A stretch of 25,281 nt of DNA. It comes from a virus. Taxonomy: Duplodnaviria > Heunggongvirae > Uroviricota > Caudoviricetes. The stretch lies in IMG/VR virus record IMGVR_UViG_3300019458_000004, positions 64,001 to 89,281 of that record; one strand, given 5' to 3'. The notes under the pieces were generated by a model. It made no database searches. It had not been told where the DNA came from and saw only the letters and a list, made by a program, of their open reading frames with translations. Below, one piece after another: positions 23,597 to 25,281 of this stretch. A program made the translations under genes and the position numbers. How positions within the stretch are numbered: the stretch's first letter is position 1; each line of letters starts with the position of its first letter.

Positions 23597-25281
23597 TGGC
23601 TGAAAAAAAGAAATACGATTTTAGTGGGTTGGATGAAGTTAATTCTAAATATGATTTTAGTGGTTTAGAAGATAAGACTGTTCCTAATTTAACACCCGCT
23701 TTAAATGGATCTAGCCCTTCAACAATTGAAGATATTATTACGGCGGCTCCAAATCTTTTTGGGGGAGCCGAAGAATTAGCTGGTGTAAGTACCGCAATTG
23801 GTCAAAAAGCTGCCGAATTTTTAAATCCGGATCTTATTCCGAAAAAAACATTCTATGAAATGTATCGCCAAGGATACGAGAAAGAAAAAGCTGCACAAAA
23901 AGCCGCTCAAGAACGTTCCCCTTGGGCTTATGGTGGAACTAGAGTGCTTGGGGGACTTTTGACTGCTATTCCGGCTGCACCATTAGCAGCAGTTGCTCCG
24001 GTCAGTACGGCTATCGGCGCTGGGGCTTTAGCGGGGGGTTTAGAAAGCGAAGCAACTATTGAAGAACCGTTAGAATTAGCAAAAGATGTTGTTCTTGGGG
24101 GTACTACTGGCTATGCCCTTCAAAAAATTCTTCCTGGTGGTCCTAAAAAGCCTAAAGTTGAAAAAGACATTTTAGAACGAGGCGAATTTCTTCCTCAATT
24201 AGAAACCGCTGTTAAAATGGGAGAAGAAGGGGTTTCTTTAGGTTCGTCACTTATTGAATCCGGAAAACTTAGTGCTAGAAGAAATAAAGCTTCTTCCGAT
24301 TTAGCTAAAAAATTTATTAGACCGCGAACTGAACTAGGAAAAGTTCTTAAAGCCACAACTAAACAAGAGGGTTTAGTTTTAACACAAACTTTAGACGATA
24401 TTGCGGCGGCTAGCAACTTAGAAAAAGTTCTTGAATCAAGTAAAGCTGCTATTGGACGAAAAGCACCAGAATTAATTCAAAAAATACAGAATATGCAACT
24501 AGGATTATTGTCACCAAATGAAACCTATGCTTTAAGTAAAAAATTACAAAAAATTCTACCGAAAATTGCAGATCCGGAGCAAGCGCAAATTTTTAAAACT
24601 GGTTTAGATTCTATTAAGGATGTTTTAGGTAAATCGGTTCCTGGATTTAAAAAAGCCGCTCAAGATTTTGCACAATTTGCTGAAATGGGACCAGAAGCTT
24701 TATTAGCTAGAGGAATTGACCCTGAATTAAAAAATATTTTTTTGGGCGATTTAAAAGATCAAGGTAGTGCTAAAATTGCTGAAAAAGTTGATGCTTTAAT
24801 TCAAGGACTTCGTACCGGTGGTGCAGGAGCCAAACAAAAACAACATGAATTATTCACAGTTTTACGTGAATTAGAAAAATATCCGAAATTAGCCGCTCGA
24901 TTTGGTCTAGAACCAAAAGAATTAGCTCGCCAATTTACTCGTGCTGCCGATGAAGCGGCTGTTGTTAAAAAAGGTGCCGAGTCAGGGGTTTTTCAACAAT
25001 TATGGGAACGGGGATTATTCGGTCTTAGAAAAGCATCTGAAACGGGACTTTTAAAAGGTGCTAATGTTTACGGCCAAGCTAAGCGTAAAGTGCGTGATTT
25101 TGTGCAAAGTTCTCAGGAACAGTTCGTGTCAGCGGCTGATGCTTTACGTCAATATGGTGGACCAGATCTTCAAGGTATTGCAGAAAATTTAGCTTCTGAA
25201 GTACCACAAAAACGTAATGCGGCGATCTTTTCTATTTTACAATTACCAAAGGCTAAAGATATTTTAGGAATTGAATCCGAC
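23596..25281 (+). CDS. Large ejection / internal virion protein (partial, >=562 aa, runs off the window)
   Basis: ATG overlaps the previous stop (TAATG); translated by hand with no stop to 25281: MAEKKKYDFSGLDEVNSKYDFSGLE..., Gly/Ala hydrophobic segment VLGGLLTAIPAAPLAAVAPVSTAIGAGALAGG. Missing from the ORF track. Confidence 0.8.
   Translation, partial: MAEKKKYDFSGLDEVNSKYDFSGLEDKTVPNLTPALNGSSPSTIEDIITAAPNLFGGAEELAGVSTAIGQKAAEFLNPDLIPKKTFYEMYRQGYEKEKAAQKAAQERSPWAYGGTRVLGGLLTAIPAAPLAAVAPVSTAIGAGALAGGLESEATIEEPLELAKDVVLGGTTGYALQKILPGGPKKPKVEKDILERGEFLPQLETAVKMGEEGVSLGSSLIESGKLSARRNKASSDLAKKFIRPRTELGKVLKATTKQEGLVLTQTLDDIAAASNLEKVLESSKAAIGRKAPELIQKIQNMQLGLLSPNETYALSKKLQKILPKIADPEQAQIFKTGLDSIKDVLGKSVPGFKKAAQDFAQFAEMGPEALLARGIDPELKNIFLGDLKDQGSAKIAEKVDALIQGLRTGGAGAKQKQHELFTVLRELEKYPKLAARFGLEPKELARQFTRAADEAAVVKKGAESGVFQQLWERGLFGLRKASETGLLKGANVYGQAKRKVRDFVQSSQEQFVSAADALRQYGGPDLQGIAENLASEVPQKRNAAIFSILQLPKAKDILGIESD

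Larger units (their letters stand above)
1..25281 (+). mobile_element. Tailed phage (podovirus-like) virion morphogenesis module; phage or prophage
   Basis: Co-oriented, densely packed genes in the order scaffold, capsid, fibres, adaptor, nozzle, GNAT, ejection-like proteins; two HNH genes; no cellular housekeeping genes; no tape-measure, tube or sheath gene. Confidence 0.93.

Noticed and set aside
3775-24416. Minus-strand ORFs in the track (3775, 5681, 6880, 8136, 9626, 10467, 11249, 12335, 18128, 19275, 19438, 21234, 21850, 24195 and similar)
   Set aside because: All lie antisense to well-supported + strand genes, are short, lack recognisable motifs or SD sites; antisense shadows.
1-25281. 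Diversity-generating retroelement targeting the fibre tips
   Set aside because: No reverse transcriptase and no near-identical TR/VR pair with A-specific mismatches seen; internal repeats are diverged at all bases. Elements outside the window cannot be excluded.
1-25281. Stop-codon reassignment (TAG or TGA recoding)
   Set aside because: Long genes, including the 5-kb one, are fully open in the standard code; the single TAG-GTG junction is explained by HNH insertion.
18974-25281. Tape-measure protein interpretation of the helical genes
   Set aside because: No tail tube, sheath or tail-chaperone frameshift pair; several medium-sized helical genes after a nozzle and GNAT fit podoviral ejection proteins better.
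1-25281. tRNA, rRNA, CRISPR array, IS or integrase
   Set aside because: Intergenic gaps are at most ~260 nt and show no cloverleaf, repeat-spacer pattern, terminal inverted repeats or recombinase motifs.

Overview
The whole 25.3-kb window is the virion-morphogenesis region of an AT-rich tailed dsDNA phage (Caudoviricetes) with podovirus-like (T7/P22-type) gene order; phage versus prophage and the host cannot be told from this window. All supported genes are on the + strand and tightly packed. The order is: a cluster of fibre/adhesin-like genes (102-3055), a small membrane protein plus a membrane-anchored trypsin-like protease (3185-4167), scaffold, probable capsid decoration protein, major capsid protein and its terminator, several fibre/structural genes, a frameshifted HNH endonuclease, tail adaptor-like and giant nozzle-like proteins, a GNAT-like protein, a second HNH, and four candidate ejection (internal virion) proteins, the last running off the window. 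No terminase, portal, integrase, tape-measure, tRNA or CRISPR was seen. The ORF track misses or mis-starts several genes: 2444, 7855 (ATA start), 8970, the HNH nuclease half to 10470, and 23596-end. The strongest non-coding signal is a 9-nt motif, TTAACAACT (often TTAACAACTATTAT), found seven times at gene junctions and likely a phage-specific late promoter. All protein assignments come from motifs and synteny read by eye; no database search was run.
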